The notes under the pieces were generated by a model. The model searched no databases, had not been told where the DNA came from, and was given only the letters and a program-made list of their open reading frames with translations. The translations under genes were made by a program, and so were the position numbers. This document shows, piece after piece, positions 1-10,775 of a stretch of 64,000 bases of DNA (position 1 is the first letter of the stretch; each line of letters begins with the position of its first letter). The stretch covers positions 186,001 to 250,000 of the IMG/VR virus record IMGVR_UViG_3300024999_000030. The stretch is one strand, 5' to 3'.

Positions 1-1
1 A

Positions 2-556
2 TTTGGGAGAATCAAAAGTCACAGGAGGGTCCCACAGCTGGGATGTGAGAATGGTAAGGTTCAGTATCAAGTATACTGGCCTCGCCTAGCTGAGACCTCC
101 TGGTGGGATCCTGACGACCTTAAATCAGCTCACGAGTGGAAACACAAAAGGATGTTCATCTTGTGTGACCGAGTTTCGGACTGGCGAGGCAACTTGGGTA
201 CGATTGTTAGAATTAACAATCCTTCCCAAACCACAACTCAAGATAATTCAGATCAAATTCTTACCGTCTTATGGGACGATGGTACGAAAAATCTTATTGC
301 CCCCTGGCACATCCAACTCACAAGCCTTCCTTCTAAAGGAGATAACATGAACCCGAAAGATACCGATTCTTCCTCTTCAAATAGTACAACCCCCACCGCC
401 CATTTAGTTTATGGGAATGGCAAATCCTACTTCTTCTTAACCGAAGCTGCTGCGAGAGTCTTTGCTGAAAAACAAACCGCTGAAACTGGGGTTGATCATC
501 TTCTCTTTGAGAAAAAAGCCAAGTGTTCTCCCCACAGAAATGTAGCCTGGGAATAG
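2..556 (+). CDS. 5'-truncated SH3/KOW-like repeat protein with shared C-terminal module (internal start at 347)
   Basis: Frame is open from base 2 (FGRIKSH...YQVYW...LTVLWDDG). C-terminus (AEKQTAETGVDHLLFEKKAKCSPHRNVAWE) resembles those of 5687..7366 and 18731..19303. Confidence 0.7.
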   Translation, partial: FGRIKSHRRVPQLGCENGKVQYQVYWPRLAETSWWDPDDLKSAHEWKHKRMFILCDRVSDWRGNLGTIVRINNPSQTTTQDNSDQILTVLWDDGTKNLIAPWHIQLTSLPSKGDNMNPKDTDSSSSNSTTPTAHLVYGNGKSYFFLTEAAARVFAEKQTAETGVDHLLFEKKAKCSPHRNVAWE

Positions 557-1664
557 AAGACCATATGGACAGAGAAACGGTTACAGAAATTGGACTTTGG
601 ACTGTTCGCATCCTTCTTGTTATTGGAGGAATCGTGGGCGGGATCTTAGGTAGTCCAACAGTTATAGGTTTTTGTGTGGTTGGCCTAATGCTCACCATTT
701 TCTTCTTGTAGGCAACTATGAAACAAGTCATAGACACCACTAAAGTTTACGGTGCAATTGCCTTACTCTTGTTCTTTTCATTATGGTTATGGGAGCAATG
801 TTAGCTTCTGTAGCCTGTAGTAATTCTTCCACTCCCCCGGTTATTATCCCAGACACCTGGACGGTGTTCTATATTGGTGACGATGTACTTTGTAGAGGAA
901 CCCGCATCATTACCTATGAGGGCTGTGAGTATTTGATTACTGGGTTTCATGGTGGGTTTACTCTTTGCCATAAAGGAAACTGTAAAAAACCCCATTCACA
1001 TCTATGCTCCCGTTAAGAGGGAATCGGTAGGGCCATAATGCCAGCCTATTGCATTTGTATAGATAATGGCGTCAGTTGCAAACACCATGAGGGCTCTGGA
1101 TGTAAATTTCTTTCGGGAGATTGTGTTCCGATTGAAATGCAAGTCCCCAGTCAATCGTCTCGTGTTCTTTTGGTTGTTCCCATAGAAAACTGTCATGCAC
1201 CACAATTAGAACAACATGTGGTATTCTTTCATGGGAATGACTGGCATAAATCCATTTCCTAAAATCAGGGAGGATAACCACAATGCCCCTATGTAAAAAA
1301 TGCAGGGAATCTAAGGAACATTGCTTTCACACGACAGCCGACGAATGTACAAGGGTGATGAGACTCGCATACGGATATGGTAAGTGCGATAACCCTCAAG
1401 AACATCATGACTTCATTCCAGAGGAAACTTTGGAAGAAGAAGTTGTTAGACTGAAAAAAGAAGCGTGGGAGATAACAAAACAAAACACCGTTATTCATAA
1501 TCGTTTAACCGCGCTGGGGAAAACAGAAAGCACCTGAGAAAAGCTCTTTCGTTTTATGCTGAGGAGTCCAATTGGTTGGAACAGGAAACGGGTATCGGAA
1601 TGATACCCAGTGATGCTGTTTCTGACTCTGGTAAACATGCTCGTATTGCGCTGAGGGAGAAGCC

Positions 1665-1844
1665 ATGACCAAGTGGGAACACAAAGAAGTGACCTTTACG
1701 ACGGGTAACTTAGCAAACACACTGTCTAATTGGGGACGGCAGGGATGGGAATTGGTATCTGTTGTGAGATCAACAACCGCAGATCCCAATAATCGAGCCT
1801 ATCTCAAGAGGCCAGTCCAAGAAACCGATGAGACTAATTCTTAG
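1665..1844 (+). CDS. DUF4177-like small protein (59 aa, not in ORF track)
   Basis: Hand-translated MTKWEHKEV...LSNWGRQGWELVSV...AYLKRP matches the remembered DUF4177 pattern; GGAG upstream. Confidence 0.65.
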   Translation: MTKWEHKEVTFTTGNLANTLSNWGRQGWELVSVVRSTTADPNNRAYLKRPVQETDETNS

Positions 1845-3722
1845 TCTTCCCTTCGTCGTGTATCTCTACCGTCAGTATCTCTTTGCCAAAGCTTATTTAC
1901 TTTGGGAGATACTGAATGTCCAGGATCGTTGGTTGCTTGTGTGTCCCTTTGAACAGACAATCAACGATGAGTTCTGTGATATCATGGAGAGACTCGACTT
2001 CAAAGATGAGTACGACTGGACCTATGAGGAGTATTGTTCCGCTGCTAACAAGTTCTTAGATATTGGGCAGCAGAGCGATCCACCTACCTACAGGTACTTG
2101 TCAGCTGAGGATTATGAGGAGGAAAACGAAAATGCCATTTGACGAGAACACTAAGGTTCACACACACACTGGGTGGATGCCTCAGTGGCTGTACAATTTT
2201 GTGTATTACTCCAACAGTATAGATGAGAGTCTTTCAGAAAGAAAAACTCACAACTCTATAAATGTGGAGGGGTAGTATGCGACTAATCGAAGTGGCATAC
2301 TTCCCCATGGAAAATGATTTAAGTTATATGACGAGCTGCTTCATTGCTCCCGTCAATATTGCCAGTATCAGACCTCAATTGATTGATGGGGTTAGATTAT
2401 GGCGGATTCATATGAGCGATAAAGAACCCATCCTCGTTTCACCAACGGAGATGGAAAGAATTAAATTAATAACGAAGGAAACTTGAGGTTACGATGATTG
2501 ATTTAAAAGCAACCTTCGACAAATATGCTGACGAGTACATCAAGTTCGAGAATGTAGAACTAAAACTACATTCAAGGCCTGATGTTTGTGCCTTTCTTTT
2601 ACTGGATAAATTGGTTCCAGGAGAAGGACAGGACATTATTTCCGATGCCCAACGCGATGAGGTTTACCTGGACACGGATTGTGCGAAACTAGCTGAAGTC
2701 GCAACGGAAAGAGACATCTTAACTCTCATCCGATGCGGTGTCCAATACAACAGTAGTGTGGAAAGCCTGTGGATGTTTACTTAATCTTCAGGGAGGGCTA
2801 AAGTGAAAGAGCCACAGTGGGTAGAGCTTAGTAAACAAAAACCACCAGATGCAGCAGAGTGGGAACATAAGAGGTATTTGTGTTATCCTGGTTATGAAGT
2901 TTTAGATTATTGGGATGGCACCTTTTGGAGGTGGCACGCGGAAGACAATTCTAATGAGGAATGTAGAGTAACTCATTGGAAAGAGCTAACCCCACCCACG
3001 GACTTGAATAAACCTACCTCTAAGGAGGACTAAAGTGGACAAACAAATCGAAGAACTACTAACGGAATTAAACTCGGTTCGTGCTCTACTGGCTCAGTGG
3101 GTGAGCGCCTATGAAAAATATGGTATAATGGCCACCCCTCCAGGTAACCTGATGTATTCTCCTGACACTGTAGATAAATTTTTGTCCACTCTTGGTTATT
3201 CGAGGAGATATCTTGAGCGGGTAGCTTCTTCCACGAAAAAGATTACCTTTGAGGTATTTGATGGGGACAAGCCAGCCAAGTATCCAGACATCAAGGTTCA
3301 TCCATCCTGGAGTAATAACGTATTCTTCAGTTTCGTTGATGCCGAAGCATATGCTTTGAATTGGCTGGGTTGTTATTCTCCTGGAAAAGGAATCATTCAA
3401 CCGAATGTGCCCTATGATTATGATGGATGTGGGGACTGCGTCACAATTAAAACAATTCAAACAGAATAAATTGGAGACGAAACGATGCGAGTCCTAATCG
3501 TAGATAAATTCGGAGCGGTGGATTTAAAAGACAATCAAGACGCTGTGCCGAGAGTGGGAGATGCGGTGTATTTGAATTACACGCCTTTTCCTAAGGTTCA
3601 ATCGGTCACATGGTATCCAGAAAGAAAAATGATCCATAGCCTATATCCGACTATTACAGGATCGGATGTGGATGTTATTGTTTTCGTTGGATAAAACCTA
3701 ACCCCCCCTAAGGAGGTGTAAC

Positions 3723-4184
3723 ATGCTCGAAGTATCAAATGAGAACTCGGCATTCGGAATCATCAAGAAACTCATTAACTCTCCTTTTACTTTTCATCTC
3801 ACTGGCTCCCATTTCTTTGGGACCGCCAACGGAAACTCTGACATTGATTTCTTCGTGGAGCTTCCGTCTCATCTCGATTCCAACCAAGTTCAGTTGAATG
3901 ATTTTTGGTCCTTCTTGGAAGGTGATCTTGGAATGCATCGGGTGAATGGCGAAGGTTCTTATTCGGAAAGAGATCTGGAAGTTGCACATGTTTTTCAAAC
4001 AACTTTCGTGTCTCCTCCCATTCACATTCAAGTTGTTTTGGATGCGGAGATTAAGGTCATCGCTCAGGATATGATGAAGACACTTGGGGTTGTGCCTGAC
4101 AAACGTCGGGGAAGCTACCTTTGGGAAAAAGCTTACGATTATGCTCGAAAGCTTGACTCTCGACCCAAGTTGAAACAGAAGTAG
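3723..4184 (+). CDS. Minimal Pol-beta-superfamily nucleotidyltransferase
   Basis: hhhTGSxxxG...SDIDFFV motif (FHLTGSHFFGTANGNSDIDFFV); GGAGG SD. Confidence 0.75.
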   Translation: MLEVSNENSAFGIIKKLINSPFTFHLTGSHFFGTANGNSDIDFFVELPSHLDSNQVQLNDFWSFLEGDLGMHRVNGEGSYSERDLEVAHVFQTTFVSPPIHIQVVLDAEIKVIAQDMMKTLGVVPDKRRGSYLWEKAYDYARKLDSRPKLKQK

Positions 4185-4200
4185 GGCTGTAGAAAATTCG

Positions 4201-4240
4201 AGAGCCTCGCTTCGCTCGGTAACCTATAGTTTTCCGCCCG
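4201..4240 (+). repeat. Bipartite intergenic element, copy 1
   Basis: AGAGCCTCGCTTCGCTCGG-N15-CGCCCG, the same as 8473..8512 with identical spacing. Confidence 0.7.
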
Positions 4241-4251
4241 AGGAATAGACA

Positions 4252-4974
4252 ATGAAAGCAGGCGTCGTTTCTGATCTGCATTTTGAATTACAACAGGACG
4301 GAGGACTAACTCTACTTAAAGAACTACATAGGAACCTTGGTGGGATTGATATCTTAATCTTAGCTGGAGATGTATCTGAATCCAGGGATATCATTACTCA
4401 CCTTGAGTTCCTATGTGGTTTGTTTAAAGAGGTAGTATTCGTTCTAGGAAATCATGACTTGTTTCATGGGTCATTCTCTTCTGTTAGGAAAGACCTGAAG
4501 GATAGAGCACCCAAGAATCTGCATTTTCTAGACAACGAAGTTTATGAAGTTGGTGGCAGAAGACTTGTGGGGTCCACCATGTTCTATCCCCATCATTGGG
4601 ATAATCAATTCCATCATCGTGACATGGCTGACTTTGAGTGGATTAAGGGATTTGTAAACGATGTCTATGCAGAAAATGCTACGGCACAGTATTTTCTTAA
4701 GACTACTGTTCGTAGAGACGACATCGTTATCACCCATCACTTACCCACTCCACGCAGTATCCTTCCCGCATATTCGGGTCATCCTTTAAATCGATTCTTC
4801 CTCTGTGATATGTCGGATGTGATTGTTAATCAAGAACCGGCTATTTGGATTCATGGACACACTCATAGCAGTTTAAACTATAAACTGTTTGAGACCCAAA
4901 TAATCTGCAACCCCTTCGGGAACCCAGATGGTGTGAACAAGGATTTTGATCCAGGGTTTGTGATAGAAATATAG
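4252..4974 (+). CDS. Calcineurin-like metallophosphoesterase
   Basis: SDLH, LAGD, LGNHD, THH and HGHTH motifs in canonical order. Confidence 0.92.
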   Translation: MKAGVVSDLHFELQQDGGLTLLKELHRNLGGIDILILAGDVSESRDIITHLEFLCGLFKEVVFVLGNHDLFHGSFSSVRKDLKDRAPKNLHFLDNEVYEVGGRRLVGSTMFYPHHWDNQFHHRDMADFEWIKGFVNDVYAENATAQYFLKTTVRRDDIVITHHLPTPRSILPAYSGHPLNRFFLCDMSDVIVNQEPAIWIHGHTHSSLNYKLFETQIICNPFGNPDGVNKDFDPGFVIEI

Positions 4975-5406
4975 GAGTCGGCGATGCCTGGGTTTGGTAG
5001 TTTGCTTGCACAACTGAAAGAAGACATGGATATTTTCTTTAACTATCAGATTGATGGCCAATGTCAATCCTGTACTAAAATCGGGGCCGTCAACAACCAA
5101 CACATCTGTAAAAAGTGTAATGATACCGACGCAACAAGATCTACTCCAGTGAGGATGAATAATGGCTGACGATGCCGTATGGCTTATCTGGAGTATAGAA
5201 CACGATGCTTGGTGGAAGCCTTGCGAGAGAGGGTACACCAAAGATCGTGGCGAAGCTGGCAGATATACCTTTGCTGTTGCATGTAGTATCATGGAACAGG
5301 CTAATAGATATTCTGGTTCTGTTCCCAATGAGGCAATGGTAAAAGAGTAAAACTTTATAACATAGGGAGAAACAAAAAATGCGACTAGAACAATGGGCAA
5401 TCGTGT

Positions 5407-5670
5407 ATGCGAGTGATGACCCCTATACTTCCTCCTGAGCATAGAGGGCAAGCCTTTGACGGTAAGGTTTATGGTCACCCTAGGTTCAATGACGGTGATC
5501 GTATTACCACCTCAAATATTATTGAGGTGAAAAATGGTCGTTTCATTACTCAATCAGGTTCTGAGTATGAGTTAGGTGAAGTAGACCCAGCATACGAAGC
5601 CGCATTTCCTGGTGCGAAACAACGCGCTTTAGATTCACTATGTAAAGGTGTTACGAGTTCAAGTTCATAG
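5407..5670 (+). CDS. Conserved phage hypothetical protein
   Basis: GKVYGHPRFNDGDRITTS...TQSGSEYELG resembles a common small phage protein (from memory). Confidence 0.55.
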   Translation: MRVMTPILPPEHRGQAFDGKVYGHPRFNDGDRITTSNIIEVKNGRFITQSGSEYELGEVDPAYEAAFPGAKQRALDSLCKGVTSSSS

Positions 5671-5686
5671 AAAAACAGGAGTAAGA

Positions 5687-7366
5687 ATGGAACTAGAACT
5701 TAAACAGAAAAAAGAACGGGCACATGAAGCTTTGGCGCGATTATCTGGAATTGCCATCAGAGAAACAGTCCGAGGAATTGCTACTATCTCCATTAGGGAA
5801 AAGGTCCTAGAGGAAATTCGTGGCTATGAAGTTGATATTCTAAACTTAATCATAGCCGTGGATACATCAGTTGAATCGAAAACATCTAATGTTAAATTCA
5901 AAATGGGAGATAGAGTAGGCTGTAACTCTGGACCAAAGGGAGGAACCATTTGTAGTGAGGTCTTCTTTATTCGTGGTGAAGAAGCCTACATGGTTCGATG
6001 GCCAAAGGAATATGGAACACAAGGCTGTTTTGCCTTTCAGCTCTACCATTTGTTTAGTTTTAAGGTTGGAGATTGGGTACGGTTCATTGATCGTCCAGGA
6101 GTGTCTGGTACAATTACCAATATCAATACCAATTCATACTTTAGATACGAATTCATACCAAGTGATTCTACACTTAAATGTCCCAAATGGTATGGAGGAG
6201 ATAAAATTGAATTGGTTCCAGAATTCCAAAGCGGGGATATAATTCGGGTTATAGATAAACCCGAAAGAACGGGAACAGTTATTGGCGAGATTTGCCAAAG
6301 AAGCTTAATTCAAGTAAAGTGGGCAGAGGAAACTTCGGCAATTAGAAGAGAGTACATAGAACACACCACCAAATTTCACAAAGGAGACAGGGTCCGTCAT
6401 AATATGGATCCCCGTTTAGTGGGAGTAATTGAGGAAGTTGTTGGGCATTCCCATACAGCTTTTTATAAGATTCTTTGGGACGATAATCGAAGAGAAGCTT
6501 GCTGGGAAAACCAACTCGAAATTTCAATAAAACCTATCCCGATTTTAGTAAAGCCTAACCTGGGATTCAAAGTTGGAGATAAGGTTGCAGAGGTGGGTAG
6601 TTCCGCTGAAGGAGTAATTACCGATGTTGGCTACGGGTATGGCCCAACATACACGGTTGATTGGGACGTCAACTTAAAGAGTGAACATAAAGGTGCAAAA
6701 CACTATACTCATGAATTGCGTCTCTTATCCAAACTTGAAACCAAACCCACTTCAAACAAATTCAAAGTCGGAGATAAAGTATATCGTAACGATATTCCAT
6801 CGGACAGGGGAAAAATTATTACCGACTGTCTAAGCCCAAACAATTTATATCTTATTGAATGGGAAGATAAACGGGGTAACTGGAAAGAACATTGTTATGA
6901 TACAGAAATTAGTCTTCTACCTCCAAGCGAGTTTAAAGTAGGAGACAGAGTAGGTAGTATCGCAAGTAATGCTGAGGGAACAATTTCCTATGTCGACTAT
7001 AGCTCTAACTACGATTATGCCTATATAATCGATTGGGATAATTTAGAGCCCTTCGAAAAAAGTGCCGGGACACTTTATAGCTCTTTTGAGTTACGCCACC
7101 TGTCTAAACCTGACACCAAATCCAACACAAAAGGAGAAGATGAAATGAGGCACACAACATATCCTCCGTTTAACGGCAATGAAATCGATACAAGTAAACC
7201 CTTCTGGATTATTTTCTGTCCTCATTGTAACAATGTTACTTTGAAGCAGACAGAAGCGGATGCGAAGGCAGAAGCCGAGCGTCTCACTCAACTCACGGGG
7301 GAGGCTCACCTTCTCTTTGAGCAAAAGGGAATGTGTTCTCCTCAGAAACAGGTAACCTGGAGTTAA
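5687..7366 (+). CDS. Multi-repeat SH3/KOW-like protein (about 7 FKxGD(R/K/W)V units) plus C-terminal module
   Basis: Repeated FK(V/M)GD(R/K/W)V...G.I......Y.(V/I).W units; GGAG SD before ATG 5687; second SD+ATG at 7145. Confidence 0.75.
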   Translation: MELELKQKKERAHEALARLSGIAIRETVRGIATISIREKVLEEIRGYEVDILNLIIAVDTSVESKTSNVKFKMGDRVGCNSGPKGGTICSEVFFIRGEEAYMVRWPKEYGTQGCFAFQLYHLFSFKVGDWVRFIDRPGVSGTITNINTNSYFRYEFIPSDSTLKCPKWYGGDKIELVPEFQSGDIIRVIDKPERTGTVIGEICQRSLIQVKWAEETSAIRREYIEHTTKFHKGDRVRHNMDPRLVGVIEEVVGHSHTAFYKILWDDNRREACWENQLEISIKPIPILVKPNLGFKVGDKVAEVGSSAEGVITDVGYGYGPTYTVDWDVNLKSEHKGAKHYTHELRLLSKLETKPTSNKFKVGDKVYRNDIPSDRGKIITDCLSPNNLYLIEWEDKRGNWKEHCYDTEISLLPPSEFKVGDRVGSIASNAEGTISYVDYSSNYDYAYIIDWDNLEPFEKSAGTLYSSFELRHLSKPDTKSNTKGEDEMRHTTYPPFNGNEIDTSKPFWIIFCPHCNNVTLKQTEADAKAEAERLTQLTGEAHLLFEQKGMCSPQKQVTWS

Positions 7367-7950
7367 ATCTTTTCGGGAGAAAACATGGGACCTTTGCAAT
7401 GTAACATGTTGGAAGGAAGGGATGTTTCCACTCTTTCGGCTGCTATTAATGAATGGCTGAAAGCTCATCCGTATTGCTCCATTGAACATATTTTTCAATC
7501 TCAAAGTCAAACTTCTTTTCCTACAGACGGAAAGGTAGTGGTTTCCATCTGGTATCGAGATCAAAATAAAAAATGAAAGTTGAACAAGAGGAGATACACT
7601 CTCTCCCCATCGGTGTTGTTTTGCTTTTCATTTTACTTGCTATCCTCTGGTTCCTAAAACACTAAACCCACCACAAGGAGATGACATGAAGAAAGTTGAT
7701 GGAGTTGATCTTTCGGAGCTTGTTAAAGAAACCGCCACCGCAGTACTCAGCGAGAAACGCAAGGGTATTGCCGGGTTAGTGAAAGAGTTGATGCAAAAGT
7801 CAGAATCTCTCGCAAAGGAAATTGAGAAGGGAGAGATTGAACTCAACAAGAAGAAAGCGAATTTAACAGCTGTGAACGACAAGCTGAAGAAGCTTGGTGA
7901 GGGTGACTGGTCTGTTCTTCAAGACATCGCCCCGCCTCAGTAAAAACAAA

Positions 7951-8025
7951 AGACTTCTGGTTCCGATATGTTCACGAGTTATATACTCCACAGGAAAAAC
8001 GCCGAGTAGCCTGCGATAGAAGTCT
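7951..8025 (+). ncRNA. Candidate three-way-junction structured RNA
   Basis: AGACTTCT/AGAAGTCT closing stem with inner GAGT/ACTC and CAGG/CCTG stems; intergenic. Confidence 0.4.
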
Positions 8026-8169
8026 CGACATAAGTTTAACTCAAAACTCACGAAGTACCTCACAAGGAGATGAAAATGAGAATTTCTCACGTGCCACCCC
8101 AGTTTGTTCCTGGCCGCTTCAATGATGAGTTTGTATTTGTTTCTCCTGTTGTTAAGAGCGGGAGATAAG

Positions 8170-8463
8170 ATGGAAGCAGTGAAGAAACATCTTGATTTAT
8201 TGGGTCATTTGGTTGAGGACAAAGTTACTGGATTTAAAGGCATTGTAGCTTCCATCAATTTTGAACTCTACGGTTGCATTCAAGCGGTGGTAAATCCAGG
8301 GGTTGACAAAGATGGGAACATCAGAGATTCTCGATGGTTTGATGTGAATAGATTGAGGGTGTTGTCCAGTAGTCCAGTAATGAATGTTCCTAATTTCGGT
8401 CAACTCACGACTGCGAATGGCGATCAAGGGGCGGATGAAAAACCACTCTTTGATAAACCTTAA
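8170..8463 (+). CDS. Conserved phage hypothetical protein (SH3-like)
   Basis: LGxxVxDKVTGFKGIVxS...YGCxQ..V.P...FDxxRL pattern; GGAG SD before ATG 8170. Confidence 0.55.
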   Translation: MEAVKKHLDLLGHLVEDKVTGFKGIVASINFELYGCIQAVVNPGVDKDGNIRDSRWFDVNRLRVLSSSPVMNVPNFGQLTTANGDQGADEKPLFDKP

Positions 8464-8472
8464 ATAGATTTA

Positions 8473-8512
8473 AGAGCCTCGTTCCGCTCGGCACAAACTG
8501 TCTCATCGCCCG
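8473..8512 (+). repeat. Bipartite intergenic element, copy 2
   Basis: AGAGCCTCGTTCCGCTCGG-N15-CGCCCG. Confidence 0.7.
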
Positions 8513-9527
8513 GTTGGAAATAACTTAGGAGGATGCCAATGAAACGAATGCCAAGACCGTCTTGGGATCTTCCTGACAAGGTAAGGTTTCCTAAGCCGGG
8601 TGATGAGATAGTTCGATATATCCGTGGTCCGAAACACACTTACTCAGTTAAGGGAGTGGTGATTGGAGTATGGGTAAACGGAGCACTAGAGGTTAAGTGG
8701 GAAGACAAAAAAATACTTATGAAAGGAAGGGAGTAATGAAAAATAGTATGTGGCAATCGTTTAAGCAATGGTTGTCAAGACAAACTATTGTTGAGCTTCT
8801 TATTTATTTCTGCATCCTCGCCATTGTCTATTTGCTTTTTTTCGTGCCCATTTATCATGGGCAGGGATGGTTTGGAAAGAAAAGCAATGTAGACTGTACC
8901 GTCCAACGACTTTATGTGGATATGAGCGGTAGAAGTTCTCACTATATGGTGGGAACGGACAAGGGGGTATATGAAGTAGGAAACGGCTTTCTTATTGGAA
9001 TCTGGAACGCCGATGAGATTTATGCAGACATTAAAGAAGGTCGGTCTTATCATTTCACCACGCGGGGAAACAAGGCTCTTGGAATGTTCTACCAATATTA
9101 TCCTTTCATTGTAAAGGTGGAACCACTCACAAAGCCTGAAATTCCTTATGGTACTGTACCAGGCAAAGAGTGAAATGATTAACTCGGCTAAATGTGTATT
9201 TGAAATTACCCAAGAACTTTACTTCAATTGGTCTAAACATAAGAACTTAACTTCCGAACGAGACCAAGAAGATTATTCTCACCTCTATCAAATTCCTCCT
9301 CTTAGTTGCTTGGGAGCTTCGAACGGTTTTATGACCGCAACTAATGAACGGAATTGGAAGCGAATTTCCAAAAAGAAAGATAAAAAATCTGGTCTTTGGA
9401 ATCGTGAATATGAAAATCGGGAGGTGAGGTGGGAGGACTGGGAGAACACTAGTCTTATTGCTGAAGTAATTGACGATGGACAAACCATTCGCAGTATTAC
9501 TTTCCGTGTCTCATAAGGAGATGACAG

Positions 9528-9806
9528 ATGCAGTATCTTCACTTTACAATTAAAGGTAAGGTTCCTTTGGAAAATCCTCGGGACTTAGCTGATGCCGGGG
9601 AAATTATTTCTGGCGTAATGGATGACCTTAAACTTGGATCGATTGGTGATTTGAGTATCAATGCATCTCCAGCTAAAGGTTCGGCAACTGTTACTTTTAG
9701 TTTGGCAAACGGCCCAGCACCTAAAAAACCTAAGGGTGTAAAGCCTAGAGCCGTAAAGCCAAAGAAGGCCAAAGCGAAGAAAGTCGCAGTCGCTAATCCT
9801 TCGTAG
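9528..9806 (+). CDS. Small protein with Lys/Ala/Pro-rich histone-like tail
   Basis: C-terminal PAPKKPKGVKPRAVKPKKAKAKK; GGAG SD. Confidence 0.5.
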   Translation: MQYLHFTIKGKVPLENPRDLADAGEIISGVMDDLKLGSIGDLSINASPAKGSATVTFSLANGPAPKKPKGVKPRAVKPKKAKAKKVAVANPS

Positions 9807-10418
9807 TATTTTTTAATGTCCGATTTTCCGCTTCCAAAAGGAATCTTAAATGACTTAGATGGAATTTCTTTTGTTGGTAAGCTGGACAAAGGCACTATGG
9901 TTAGTGGGTTATCTTTTGTTGTTTCAACCATGACTCAGATAGATTCTATATTTACCGAGGAGTGGTCAACCTACTATAAAGTTGATATTCAATATGTGCC
10001 GATGGGAGTTAAGGTGGTTTTATGGAAAAAATGAAAGAATTTTTTTGGGTGATTCTATTTTGTTTAACATGGATTAGTGGGATAACCCTTAGCATTGTTT
10101 CAGTTAAGATTTTGGGTTTATCTTTCTCATTCTTTGTTGTTGTTTTAATCATAAGCATTGCTGAGAGTTGGGTTCTTTTGTTTTGTATTAGAAGAGCCAG
10201 CAAGTATTGAACGAAGAAACATTCAAGTCTAATTTTATCACGGTCTTTCTTGCAACTTGGGTGGCAAACAATTATCAAGAGGCCATTAATAATGGGGAGC
10301 ATGAAAAGCTCAATCATCCTCCCGTTGAAGATGCTGAGATGCTTGCGAACGAAGCGTGGCGAGAAATCTTGAGCAATTGTGTGTGCCACTTCAAATTAAC
10401 TTAGGAAGTATCCAGAGC

Positions 10419-10452
10419 CAGTAAGTCAATGTCGCAGGGCGTTGGCTTACTG
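10419..10452 (+). promoter_or_regulatory. 15-bp hairpin upstream of the first Cys-family cluster
   Basis: CAGTAAGTCAATGTC-gcag-GGCGTTGGCTTACTG pairs fully with G-U wobbles. Confidence 0.6.
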
Positions 10453-10482
10453 TAATGTGGGTATAACCGGAGGAGGTAAACG

Positions 10483-10773
10483 ATGAATGGATTCACGAAC
10501 CATTATATTTCTGCAATGCAAGACTTCATCGCTAACCCCTGTGTAAAACGATGGCGAGGGGTTGAGAGATTAAGTGATCTTAATTGTAAATGTTTACTTT
10601 TAGGGGTTTCTCAAATAGGCTCCTGTGTCGGCTGTCCATTTTATTCTTTTCATCCGAATGGCAGTGCCTGTCCTCGCTTAAATACAGCCTCCAGAAAAAA
10701 ATTAAATTTGTTTATTCCAAGGTTAGTTCTTGCTTGTTTAGAAGCTATTGCTTATTTACAGGCTAAGGAGTAA
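10483..10773 (+). CDS. Four-Cys (FIxNP) family paralogue 1
   Basis: DFIANP...CKC...CVGCPF...CPR...LACLEAIAYL. Confidence 0.8.
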   Translation: MNGFTNHYISAMQDFIANPCVKRWRGVERLSDLNCKCLLLGVSQIGSCVGCPFYSFHPNGSACPRLNTASRKKLNLFIPRLVLACLEAIAYLQAKE

Positions 10774-10775
10774 AT

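Noticed and set aside
4201-8512. HDV-like/theta ribozyme reading of the repeated CCTCG...GG element
   Set aside because: Too few bases between CCUCG and GG to hold P3 plus P1, and no conserved P1/P2 partners in both copies.
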